Shown in pieces: positions 55,841-64,000 of a stretch of 64,000 bases of DNA (positions within the stretch are counted from its first letter, which is position 1; each line of letters starts with the position of its first letter). The notes under the pieces were generated by a model that saw nothing but the letters and a program-made list of their open reading frames with translations, had not been told where the DNA came from and ran no database searches. The stretch covers positions 512,001-576,000 of the forward strand of contig CAXXIA010000002.1 of NCBI GenBank assembly GCA_963666985.2. The letters are read 5' to 3'. A program made the position numbers and the translations under genes. The DNA comes from Spirochaetia bacterium (GTDB taxonomy: Bacteria; Spirochaetota; Spirochaetia; DSM-2461).

Positions 55841-57622
55841 TTATTCAACCAGAGGCAGTTCGATGCGACCGGGCGATTCACCGCCGGTAATAACGGTATT
55901 TACGGCGATGCCGTCGGCTCCCTGGAGCGACCAAACTTCCGCTTTATTCCGATGGATGCAGTACATGGGAAAGTTCGACGAGGTGATGTCAACCCTGATT
56001 TTGCCGCCGGCACGGAACTTCCAGGCTACCGGCCACATCTCAATTTTCATCAGCGCAACGGTCCCCGGTGTATACGATCTTCTTAAACCGTTGCCCGCAC
56101 GGAATTCCAGCGAAGAAATCCCATCGCAAACATTGAAGTACTCGCCTTTGGATTCCTCGATAACCTTGACGAAAAAGCACGTATCTTCGGCATCCGATTG
56201 AACGTTGAGAGTTACGAGAATATTCCCGACAATTTCCAAGTCCGCCGCCAAAGGCTCGGAGAGAAAGGATACGACATCTTTTCGATAATCAGGCTCCGGC
56301 TGGCGAACGCAACCGTGCTTCGCCCCTTTAAACTCAGGGTTAATCCATGCGAGAAGAGAGCTACCGCCGACGGTTTCCACCGGGTTCGACGAATCGTATT
56401 CGAACGATCGGGAAGATAATTCCTCAGGACTTTCAGTGCTCAAACGGGCGCATATGTCTTTATCGTCCATCCGTGCGTCAAAATAGAATGCCTTATTCTC
56501 AACCGCTTCCGGCCATTCCTTATTTTTCTTCCACGAATTACCATTGATAACGTAAGTTTCCACGCAGCCTGTATCTTGAGAAAAAGCTTTCCCTTTAAGC
56601 TGAAAATCGAACCACTCGATCGCTTCTTTCACGCAGAGCGTACTCAATTCGGCGTCTCCGCTAATTTTTTTATCTCCGGGAATCTTGAAGGAATGATCCC
56701 ATGGGCCGATAACGAAGCGGCTCCGTTCCTTAATCGATCTCGGAAGGTTTTTATAAGCCACGCACATGCCGTCAAGGTGATGATCGAACCAGCCGGCGAT
56801 CATATGAACCGGAATACTGATCTTTGAAGGAACATCCTGCAGAGTTTTCCAAACGCCGGTATTCCAAAGTTCCGAATCCGCCGAAGGATGAGTAATCCAA
56901 TCCCTGTACCACGGCAGCTTCCGCTGGAAAATCTCTTCATCCATATTTATGTGAGGCTTAACGGCGAGAGCTTTCCGATAGAGTTCTCCGGGATTTTCAT
57001 CCGTCTTCACTCCCGAATTCTCCACCGCCCACATCGTGTAGATTTCATGCCGAAACATGCCGCCCATATACATCTGCCTATAGCGTTCGGTTCCCGCGAC
57101 CGTTAAAAACAGAGTTTTGACTTCTTTCGGAACAACATCGGCGACGAGCCATTGATTGATCGTGAGATAAGAAGGACCGAACATCCCGATGCTGTCTTGG
57201 CTCCATTCCTGCTTTTTAATCCATTCGATCGAAGCCAATCCGTCGGCTCTTTCACTGACGAACGGATTCCATTCACCGCCGGATTCACCGGTTCCGCGGC
57301 AATCCTGGATAACAAGTGAATAATCATGCATCGACATTACGGCGGCGGCGGCGTTCATCTGAATACCCGAAGAAAGTGATGAGTACGGAGTTCTGATGAA
57401 AATAACGGGATACTCGGAGTCAAAATCGGGTGCGAATACGCGGGTATTAAGGGAAACGCCGTTATCGACATCCACCTTGTAAATTCGTGAAAGAACCGAT
57501 TTGCCGCGGCAGGAAGGATTCTCGGCTTGAAGATCCTCTATAACGGAAACGCTGTAAGAGTCGGCACCTTCGGGAACCAGAGAATCGAAGGATATCCGCG
57601 TTTCGGATTCAAAATCATGCAT
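55841..57622 (-). CDS. CocE/NonD-family alpha/beta hydrolase
   Basis: RTPY, QDCRG...S.G, G.SY nucleophile, GWFD, IGPW.H and ITSSNFP motifs; TGATG coupling to the upstream gene. Confidence 0.88.
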   Translation of the reverse strand: MHDFESETRISFDSLVPEGADSYSVSVIEDLQAENPSCRGKSVLSRIYKVDVDNGVSLNTRVFAPDFDSEYPVIFIRTPYSSLSSGIQMNAAAAVMSMHDYSLVIQDCRGTGESGGEWNPFVSERADGLASIEWIKKQEWSQDSIGMFGPSYLTINQWLVADVVPKEVKTLFLTVAGTERYRQMYMGGMFRHEIYTMWAVENSGVKTDENPGELYRKALAVKPHINMDEEIFQRKLPWYRDWITHPSADSELWNTGVWKTLQDVPSKISIPVHMIAGWFDHHLDGMCVAYKNLPRSIKERSRFVIGPWDHSFKIPGDKKISGDAELSTLCVKEAIEWFDFQLKGKAFSQDTGCVETYVINGNSWKKNKEWPEAVENKAFYFDARMDDKDICARLSTESPEELSSRSFEYDSSNPVETVGGSSLLAWINPEFKGAKHGCVRQPEPDYRKDVVSFLSEPLAADLEIVGNILVTLNVQSDAEDTCFFVKVIEESKGEYFNVCDGISSLEFRAGNGLRRSYTPGTVALMKIEMWPVAWKFRAGGKIRVDITSSNFPMYCIHRNKAEVWSLQGADGIAVNTVITGGESPGRIELPLVE

Positions 57623-57933
57623 CAGCATTCAATCTCCATATCCAACAGAGCCGAACTCAGAGTCTTCCCGTGCATATCCAGCGAAAGCGACCGCGTTACG
57701 CCTCCGCCGAGTGCGTCGGATAAAACGAAATTAAGTGCTCCCAACTGCGGAAGCTCGTAACGGCGAACCTCTCCGTGGACGATTCCGGAAAACCAATTCT
57801 TAACACGCTCCGGCGTGAGTTCTTTCTCTATGACTTCGTAGTCCTCGAGGTTGTAGGCGATAACGGATATATTGGAGATATTCCCTTTGTCACCGGCCCT
57901 GGTGTGTGCGATGTCGCGAAGTTTCTTCATCAT
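57622..57933 (-). CDS. AtuA-related small subunit
   Basis: L.DIAH.RAGDKG..SNI and LGGGVTRSL..D.HGK motifs. Confidence 0.85.
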   Translation of the reverse strand: MMKKLRDIAHTRAGDKGNISNISVIAYNLEDYEVIEKELTPERVKNWFSGIVHGEVRRYELPQLGALNFVLSDALGGGVTRSLSLDMHGKTLSSALLDMEIEC

Positions 57934-59300
57934 TATGTATTCTCGTAATTTACGGCAACGGTTACATCGGATTCCGAAATGAAGATGGATGCGACGGAAA
58001 TAATTTCCCTGACGGAAACTTTAATACCGCCGCCGCCTGCCGGACCGTTCAGGTAAAGAGATTCAACTTCCTCGCCTACGGATTCCGCTTGTTTCCGTTT
58101 CTTCGTTCTAACGGCCACGCGCAGTCTGACTTCGGAGAACGACTCCCCGCCGTTCAGCAATTTCGGACTTAAGTCATCTCCATACAGAGCATTCACTCCT
58201 ATGAAATCAATCTTCAGTTCATCCAAGGAAACAGCCAGGAACCGGAGTCTCCGTTTGACGATTTCGGCAGCGAGTTTTGCCCGTTCAAGACATCCCGGTC
58301 CACCGTAGCTGATTTCACTCTCACCGATAAAGCAATCCTTGTATCCGATACTGACTTTGAGCTTTCCCGTTGGAGCGCGCCCGGACGCATTTTCGACTTT
58401 CACCCGATTCTCACCGATTTCAGCAACGGAGACTTTCGACAAATCGGCGATTCCGTCCGGTGTGATATACGAATGCGGGTCATGGATTTCATAGAGAATC
58501 TGCTCGATACAAGTGGAACGATTAACGATACCGCCGGCATCGTCCAGCTTGCCGATAATAACCGTTCCATCTGAAAAAACTTCACCGATAGGAAATCCGA
58601 CCTTCCACAAATCCGGAACGTCTTTATATCCCGGATCGGCGAAATACCCGCCGGTTACCTGAGCTCCGCATTCCAACAAATGTCCCGCCAGAATCCCCTT
58701 ACCGATGATTTCATAGTCTTCTCCCGACCAGCCGAATTCATGAATCAGAGGCCCAAGAAAGAGTGACGGATCGGAAACCCGGCCGCAAATAACGATGTCC
58801 GCGCCGTGGCGAAGAGCCTCGACGATTCCCGAAGATCCTATATAAGCATTCGCCGAAACGATTTGTTCCTTAAGACATCGAAGCGGTTCTCTCAGTTCCA
58901 ATGTCTCATGGTCCATGTAGCGGTCAATCCGATCAAACACGGAATCACCCGTAACATAAGCGATTTTCATGTTGTCGATACCGAGCTTCCGGGCCAGGTT
59001 CTTCACGGCAACGGCGGCCGACTGAGGATTCGCCGCTCCCATATTCGTAATAACCTTCGTTCCCGTCTTTCGGCACAGAGGGAGGATTCTCTCCATTCTG
59101 GGTAGAAGCATATGATTGTAACCCAGACTCGGATTCTCCAATTTCTCTTTCTGAGCAATTGCTATCGTCCGTTCTGCGAGACATTCGAATACGATGTAAT
59201 CAAGATTTCCTTTTTCAAGCAATTGAACCGCCGGGTCGATCCGGTCTCCGCCGTAGCCCGCTCCGGTTCCAATTCGGATGCTGTTTGGTGCCGCATTCAT
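57933..59300 (-). CDS. Acyclic terpene utilisation AtuA-family protein (DUF1446)
   Basis: RIG.GAG..GDR, FECLAERT, SANAY.G, GR..DPS, GHLLECG.Q.TGG, EQ.LYEI.DP and NGPAGGGG motifs. Confidence 0.9.
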   Translation of the reverse strand: MNAAPNSIRIGTGAGYGGDRIDPAVQLLEKGNLDYIVFECLAERTIAIAQKEKLENPSLGYNHMLLPRMERILPLCRKTGTKVITNMGAANPQSAAVAVKNLARKLGIDNMKIAYVTGDSVFDRIDRYMDHETLELREPLRCLKEQIVSANAYIGSSGIVEALRHGADIVICGRVSDPSLFLGPLIHEFGWSGEDYEIIGKGILAGHLLECGAQVTGGYFADPGYKDVPDLWKVGFPIGEVFSDGTVIIGKLDDAGGIVNRSTCIEQILYEIHDPHSYITPDGIADLSKVSVAEIGENRVKVENASGRAPTGKLKVSIGYKDCFIGESEISYGGPGCLERAKLAAEIVKRRLRFLAVSLDELKIDFIGVNALYGDDLSPKLLNGGESFSEVRLRVAVRTKKRKQAESVGEEVESLYLNGPAGGGGIKVSVREIISVASIFISESDVTVAVNYENT

Positions 59301-59313
59301 ACGGCAAGTTCAA

Positions 59314-59329
59314 AGCAAAACCGATGCCA
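59314..59329 (-). promoter_or_regulatory. Sigma-54 (-24/-12) promoter of the AtuA operon
   Basis: Minus strand reads TGGCAT-CGGTT-TTGCT. Confidence 0.85.
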
Positions 59330-59435
59330 AGTTTAAAATCTTATGATTTTTTCGAGAAAATTGCGTAAAACACCGCTTCGGCTCCGCCAATTTACAGCCG
59401 GACGGAATATTTTCATTATGAGACAACAGCTGAAA

Positions 59436-59483
59436 ATTCTAAATTTCTAGAATGTCAAAAAGCCGTTTCTAAAATTCTAGAAA
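59436..59483. promoter_or_regulatory. Tandem bEBP enhancer sites (TTCTA-N6-TAGAA x2, 30 bp apart)
   Basis: ATTCTAAATTTCTAGAAT (59436-59453) and TTTCTAAAATTCTAGAAA (59466-59483), ~110-150 bp upstream of the -24 element. Confidence 0.7.
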
Positions 59484-59525
59484 ATCAAATCGAACCCGAA
59501 ACAGGGAGAGATCGACTCATCATCG

Positions 59526-60872
59526 TTAATTGATCTTTTTCAATTTATTATAAAGTGATGCCAAGGAAATCCCCAAAGCCTTCGCAACCTCTTTCTTGCC
59601 TTCAACTGATGAACCGTACTTTTTTAAAGCCTGTTTTATCGATTCGGTCTCGGCTTCATCCACTGTTTTAGACAAAGGCGGAATGGGTTTATCCGCCGGG
59701 CATTTCTCATATTCTCTGATGCATTTGGGAAGGTGTTCCAACGATACGATATCATTATCCGACATCATAAAGGCATATTCGATTGAGTTCTTAAGTTCCC
59801 GGATATTCCCTGGCCAATGATACTCCTGGAACACCGTCATAACCTCATCCGAGATTCTCTTGTCTGTCTTTTCCAACGTATTCAGCTGCGCGGCAAAATA
59901 ATCAATCAGTAATCCGATATCACTCGACCGTTCCCGCAGAGGACTCAAATTAATGGAGAAAACACAAAGCCGGTAATACAAATCCGCTCTGAAATTCTTT
60001 TTTTCGATTAAGTCGGGTATGTTCTTATTCGTAGCCGCGATAACCCTGACATCGATAGGAATCTCCCGGTTCCCGCCAAGCGGACGGATTGTATTTTCCT
60101 GGAGCGTCCGAAGCAATTTCGCCTGTACCTTGCCGTCCATTTCCGTCACTTCATCCAAAAAAACAGTACCGCCGTTTGCTTCTTTAAAGATTCCGAACTT
60201 CCCGCCCTTTTTCGCGCCTGTAAAAGCGCCGTCCTGATATCCGAACAGCTCGCTTTCAAGAAGATTCTGTTCGAGAGTTGCGCAGTTTATCGGAATAAAA
60301 GGACTGTCCCTTCGGCTGCTTTCATTATGAATGGAGTGAGCATACAACTCTTTGCCGGTACCGCTTTCTCCGGTAATCAGGACGTTCATATCTTTATGCG
60401 CGATCTTTTTCGCCAGAATAATGTTCTCCTGAGATTTCATATCCCGATAGAGAATGTCTTCGAAAGTATATCTGGCGCCTTTGAGCTTCCGTACTTTCGC
60501 TTCAAGATCCTTAATGATCATCCCGGATTTCTTGAGCTTTTCCGTCAATTTCGCTATATCGCTGATATCGTTAAGCAAAGAGATTCCACCGGTAACCCGA
60601 CCGTCTTCGAAAATGGGAACCATATTGACGATGTATTCTCTGTTCTCGACTTTTCGGTGTACACCGAGAAGCTGTTCACCGGTTTTCAAGACATTCTGCA
60701 GCTGACTTCCGGGTCTGACGTTCAAAGATTTCCCGACAATTTCTTCGTACGGAACATTGGTAATCTTCGTGTAGGATTTATTAACATACCGGACAATGGA
60801 ATCCGCATCGGCAATCAAAACGCCATCATAAAGAGAGTCCATTATGACTTTCACCCAGTTATCGATCTTCAT
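59526..60872 (-). CDS. PAS-domain sigma-54-dependent Fis-family activator (bEBP)
   Basis: PAS N-terminus; GESGTGKE, ESELFG, GAFTGA, FLDE, WPGN.REL and C-terminal HTH. Confidence 0.95.
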   Translation of the reverse strand: MKIDNWVKVIMDSLYDGVLIADADSIVRYVNKSYTKITNVPYEEIVGKSLNVRPGSQLQNVLKTGEQLLGVHRKVENREYIVNMVPIFEDGRVTGGISLLNDISDIAKLTEKLKKSGMIIKDLEAKVRKLKGARYTFEDILYRDMKSQENIILAKKIAHKDMNVLITGESGTGKELYAHSIHNESSRRDSPFIPINCATLEQNLLESELFGYQDGAFTGAKKGGKFGIFKEANGGTVFLDEVTEMDGKVQAKLLRTLQENTIRPLGGNREIPIDVRVIAATNKNIPDLIEKKNFRADLYYRLCVFSINLSPLRERSSDIGLLIDYFAAQLNTLEKTDKRISDEVMTVFQEYHWPGNIRELKNSIEYAFMMSDNDIVSLEHLPKCIREYEKCPADKPIPPLSKTVDEAETESIKQALKKYGSSVEGKKEVAKALGISLASLYNKLKKIN

Positions 60873-61158
60873 TTTTCTCTATTCCCTAAGAAACCGATCC
60901 ACTTTAAACATTGAATCTTCCCGGGATTGCCTAAGTACGCAAATGTGAATGCTGTAAGAAGCAGCCTAACCATATTTCCGGTCATAATATTCGATTTGCA
61001 CTATCTCGGCGAGAGATACCCAAAAAAGGCCGTCTTTCTGTATTTATTCGGTGTCTCCGTTTATCCTCTTCCACTGTCCCAAGACGATTGCCGGCGAAGT
61101 CTTCGGTGGGCATTCTTGGGATTAGGGAATATGGAATCGTATGCTGCGGACAGGAGGA

Positions 61159-61383
61159 CTAACTCAGCAGCCTCATAATGAATCGGGTAATTCCGGCGGC
61201 GATCGGCGTCAGCAGGAGAGAACAAGGAAAGGCCGTGAGAAAGGCTATTCCTGCGTTTTTGGGATATCGTCGCCAAAGCGCCGGGGTAAATCCCGTATTC
61301 AAAGCGGTCATCACAAAGGCCATGGGAATAACAATAAGAACAACGAAGACAAGCTTCGAAATGAAAAACTCAAGACCGATCAT
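61159..61383 (-). CDS. Small membrane protein (DUF2798-like)
   Basis: 74-aa protein with two hydrophobic segments, MAFVMT..N.G, W, AFP and P pattern; GGAG RBS. Confidence 0.55.
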   Translation of the reverse strand: MIGLEFFISKLVFVVLIVIPMAFVMTALNTGFTPALWRRYPKNAGIAFLTAFPCSLLLTPIAAGITRFIMRLLS

Positions 61384-61385
61384 GT

Positions 61386-62597
61386 TCACTCCATGGATTC
61401 GGGAAATTCGAGAAAGTAGGTATGCTTGTACTGAACCGCGGTGCATCCGGCGTACTTCTTAAACACCTGGCCGAAGTAACGCTGATTCACGAATCCCACC
61501 TGCTCCGCGATCCAGTAAATTTTATTTCTCGGATCCTGGAGAAGCTGTTTGGCGATTTCAATTCGAAAGCGATTTGTATACTCGATAACCGTTTGTCCCG
61601 TCTGCTGCTTGAAAAGATTCGACAGGTAAGCGGGGTGGACAAAGATACATTCGGAGAGCGTCTGAAGAGAAATTTTATCCGCGTAATGAGTGTGAATGTA
61701 TTCCATCGTTTTTCGAACGTGCGCTCCGTAAAGGATTTCACTATTCGACGGATTCGCCTCATTCCGGGGAGCTTCAAGGATTTCGGGTTTGTAGGCCGTA
61801 CGAGCGAACTCCCGCATGAGTTTCTCACTCGCCTCCGGTAAATCCCGAATTCTCTTGGCGGTTCCGATTTCGCTGAGGGCGATATCCGGGAAAGCGCGTT
61901 CCAATTCGGCACGGAGACGCCGCGCCCGCTGGTGCAGCACCGATTCTTCCACCAAAACCACAGTGAACAGGCGCCGTCCCGCGGAATAAAGGTAGCAATT
62001 GGTCCGTTCGAACGCGGTAACGTGTTTCAGGCGATTCGTCTCGGTCGGAAGGAAAATGTGAAAAACGAAGAAGCTCATGAGTTCGAAGCCGCAGACACGA
62101 AGAAGAGTAGAGAGCTCATCGTCATAAATCCGGCGTGTTTCAAACAGAATATCGTAGACCAGTCCCTTCGCGATGAATCGGGCGTTTTCTTTCAAATAGG
62201 CTTTATCCTGAAGACGCCTCTTCCGCCGCGTTAATTCGGCCTCCGCTTTTTTCACGGCGTTAAGCAGGTTTGGAACGGATACGGGTTTCACGATATAGTC
62301 CACGGCATCCTGCTGAATTGCCCGCTTCGCGTATTCGAAATCGGTATGCCCGCTGATAAAGATAACTTGAGTTTCACAGCCGCGTTCACGGAGCACATCC
62401 ACCAGCGTGAGACCGTCCATGTTCGGCATATTGATATCCGCCAAGAGCAGATCGACACGGTCCCAGTCGGAAAACTCCAGCGCTTCTTCAGGATCGCCGT
62501 AGACCGCCTCAATCGCCCACTCTTCGTTCGACGATTCGATTGTACGACGAATCCCGTCGCAGATGACCTCTTCATCGTCGATAATTACGATTCTCAT
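61386..62597 (-). CDS. YesN-like response regulator (REC + AraC)
   Basis: IIDDE, DINMP.MDG, SG..DF.YA and DYI.KP motifs; C-terminal AraC HTH. Confidence 0.92.
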   Translation of the reverse strand: MRIVIIDDEEVICDGIRRTIESSNEEWAIEAVYGDPEEALEFSDWDRVDLLLADINMPNMDGLTLVDVLRERGCETQVIFISGHTDFEYAKRAIQQDAVDYIVKPVSVPNLLNAVKKAEAELTRRKRRLQDKAYLKENARFIAKGLVYDILFETRRIYDDELSTLLRVCGFELMSFFVFHIFLPTETNRLKHVTAFERTNCYLYSAGRRLFTVVLVEESVLHQRARRLRAELERAFPDIALSEIGTAKRIRDLPEASEKLMREFARTAYKPEILEAPRNEANPSNSEILYGAHVRKTMEYIHTHYADKISLQTLSECIFVHPAYLSNLFKQQTGQTVIEYTNRFRIEIAKQLLQDPRNKIYWIAEQVGFVNQRYFGQVFKKYAGCTAVQYKHTYFLEFPESME

Positions 62598-64000
62598 CAC
62601 CGGATTCCCTCCGCGGGAATTGAAATACGAATCGTCGTGCCGAATCCGAATTCACTGGAAATCGTCAGGCCGCCCTTTTCTCCGTACATATAGCGTATGC
62701 GCTCTTCGACGTTGCGGATGCCGATGTGGTGGGCGTCCTGTGTTTTATATTCGGCGTCGAAAATACGGGAAATCTCCTCCGGAGTCATACCGATGCCGTT
62801 GTCGATAACATCCAGCAGATAGATCTTTCCGTTAAGCCTTCCCCGGATTGTCAGCACGTTTCCCCGCTTTCGGCCTTTAAAGCCGTGTACAATCGCGTTC
62901 TCCACCAAAGGCTGGAGCGTCAATTTCGGTAAGAGCGGTCCCTCGTTCGGTTCAACGGTAATTGAATAGCCGAACGATCCGCGGCTGGTATTGTTCCGAA
63001 GAAAGAGATAGTCCTCGACATTCCCAATTTCATCCGAGAGCGAGGCATGGATTGAGGAATCGTCAATGGTATAGCGGAACAGGTTCCCCAAGGAAAGAAT
63101 CGATTGGGAAATCTCCTGTTCGCCCTTCTCCTCAAGCCTCCAATGAAGCATATCCAGCGTATTGTGAAGGAAATGGGGATTTATCTGAGCCTGGAGCGCC
63201 TTGAATCCCGCCTCTTTCGCCCGCAGTTCCTGCTGATAGCGCGACTCGATAAGTCGGTTGATATCTTCCACCATTCCATCGAACACACGGTCAAGCTGCC
63301 CAATCTCGTCGAAATGGTTCGGATTCATCGGAACGGTAAAATTACCGCGTCCCACATGGAGCATTTTCTCGGCCAGTGCGTCGAGACCTCGGGTAACCCA
63401 CCGGGATATTCGGCCGGCGAGAAGAAAACTTAAAAGCATCGACAGCGCCAGAGAAAGAAGAAGAATATGCACCGTCTGTTTGAAGGTTTTCCTCAGGGAT
63501 GATATGGGGCTTGAAGTCACAAGATACCAGCCCAAGGCTTTATTGCGGACATAAGAAATAAGAAGTTCATCGCCGGAAGCCGGAATGGAAAAAATCCCTC
63601 GATCCGACTCCGGATCAATCCGCTCCAACGCCTCCTCCGCCAGCGCCGCCTCCGGAGTAATCGACACAATTCGATCGCGGCAGGAGGGAACAAGAAAGAG
63701 TGAGATATTCTCCAATCGCCGATTGGAATACTCGATATGCTCGAAGTAATCCTCATCGATAATCATAAGAAGCAGGCCTTTTATCTCATCGCTTGAATAA
63801 TCCTTAATAATTGCGGCGCCCGTCAGTCCTCTTAAGGGACCGAGAAGAATGGAGTCCTGGGCATAGGTGTCGGTAATATCGTTCTCATTCAGCCAAATCA
63901 TGCCGCCGTTGAGCCGCTCCGCCAGACGAAAAACCTCGGTGGCGCGGATATCGAAACCCGGCGGCAGATAGTACGCGGCCCTGATTCCGTATGTATTGGC
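62597..64000 (-). CDS. YesM-like sensor histidine kinase (5' end probably outside the window)
   Basis: HAMP (DEIG.L...F..M), LQAQINPHFL.NTL, LQPLVENA..HG, DNG.GM and G.GT motifs. Confidence 0.9.
   Translation of the reverse strand, partial: ANTYGIRAAYYLPPGFDIRATEVFRLAERLNGGMIWLNENDITDTYAQDSILLGPLRGLTGAAIIKDYSSDEIKGLLLMIIDEDYFEHIEYSNRRLENISLFLVPSCRDRIVSITPEAALAEEALERIDPESDRGIFSIPASGDELLISYVRNKALGWYLVTSSPISSLRKTFKQTVHILLLSLALSMLLSFLLAGRISRWVTRGLDALAEKMLHVGRGNFTVPMNPNHFDEIGQLDRVFDGMVEDINRLIESRYQQELRAKEAGFKALQAQINPHFLHNTLDMLHWRLEEKGEQEISQSILSLGNLFRYTIDDSSIHASLSDEIGNVEDYLFLRNNTSRGSFGYSITVEPNEGPLLPKLTLQPLVENAIVHGFKGRKRGNVLTIRGRLNGKIYLLDVIDNGIGMTPEEISRIFDAEYKTQDAHHIGIRNVEERIRYMYGEKGGLTISSEFGFGTTIRISIPAEGIR

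Overview
This window is chromosomal DNA from a moderately high-GC bacterium, most likely a free-living anaerobic spirochaete. That assignment is an inference from the 'FANGxxE'/'YAGGxxD' solute-binding-protein N-termini and the gene repertoire. Only mnmG and tRNA-Pro(GGG) are clearly core genes; the rest is accessory metabolic, regulatory and defence cargo. Main points: (1) The tRNA-Pro(GGG) locus has three copies of the tRNA 3' end. Copies 2 and 3 bracket a ~7.3 kb cassette with no integrase, carrying hipBA (three 18-bp operators spaced exactly 27 bp apart) and a convergent four-gene MksFEBG/Wadjet-like SMC system with a short SMC. Copies 1 and 2 bracket a 190-bp non-coding mini-element whose left end is antisense to the tRNA T-arm. 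(2) A stand-alone 1698-aa protein fuses a DEDD-exonuclease-like domain, a RecQ helicase and a UvrD helicase. (3) A rifampin-phosphotransferase/PigC-architecture kinase sits head-to-head with a membrane-anchored 'RDHSWG' protein, flanked by two SnoaL/NTF2 genes. (4) A sigma-54 operon combines a pyridoxamine-pyruvate-transaminase homolog, a complete ECF transporter and a MIF tautomerase. (5) A sigma-54/bEBP-controlled, apparently near-leaderless operon runs AtuA, CocE, peptide ABC transporter, SDR and ketose 3-epimerase. (6) An AraC / sugar-ABC / ADP-ribosylglycohydrolase locus. Smaller items: a LysR gene with a probable CTG start, a dispersed palindromic repeat and a 9-bp VNTR. All family assignments come from motif recognition by eye; no database searches were run.
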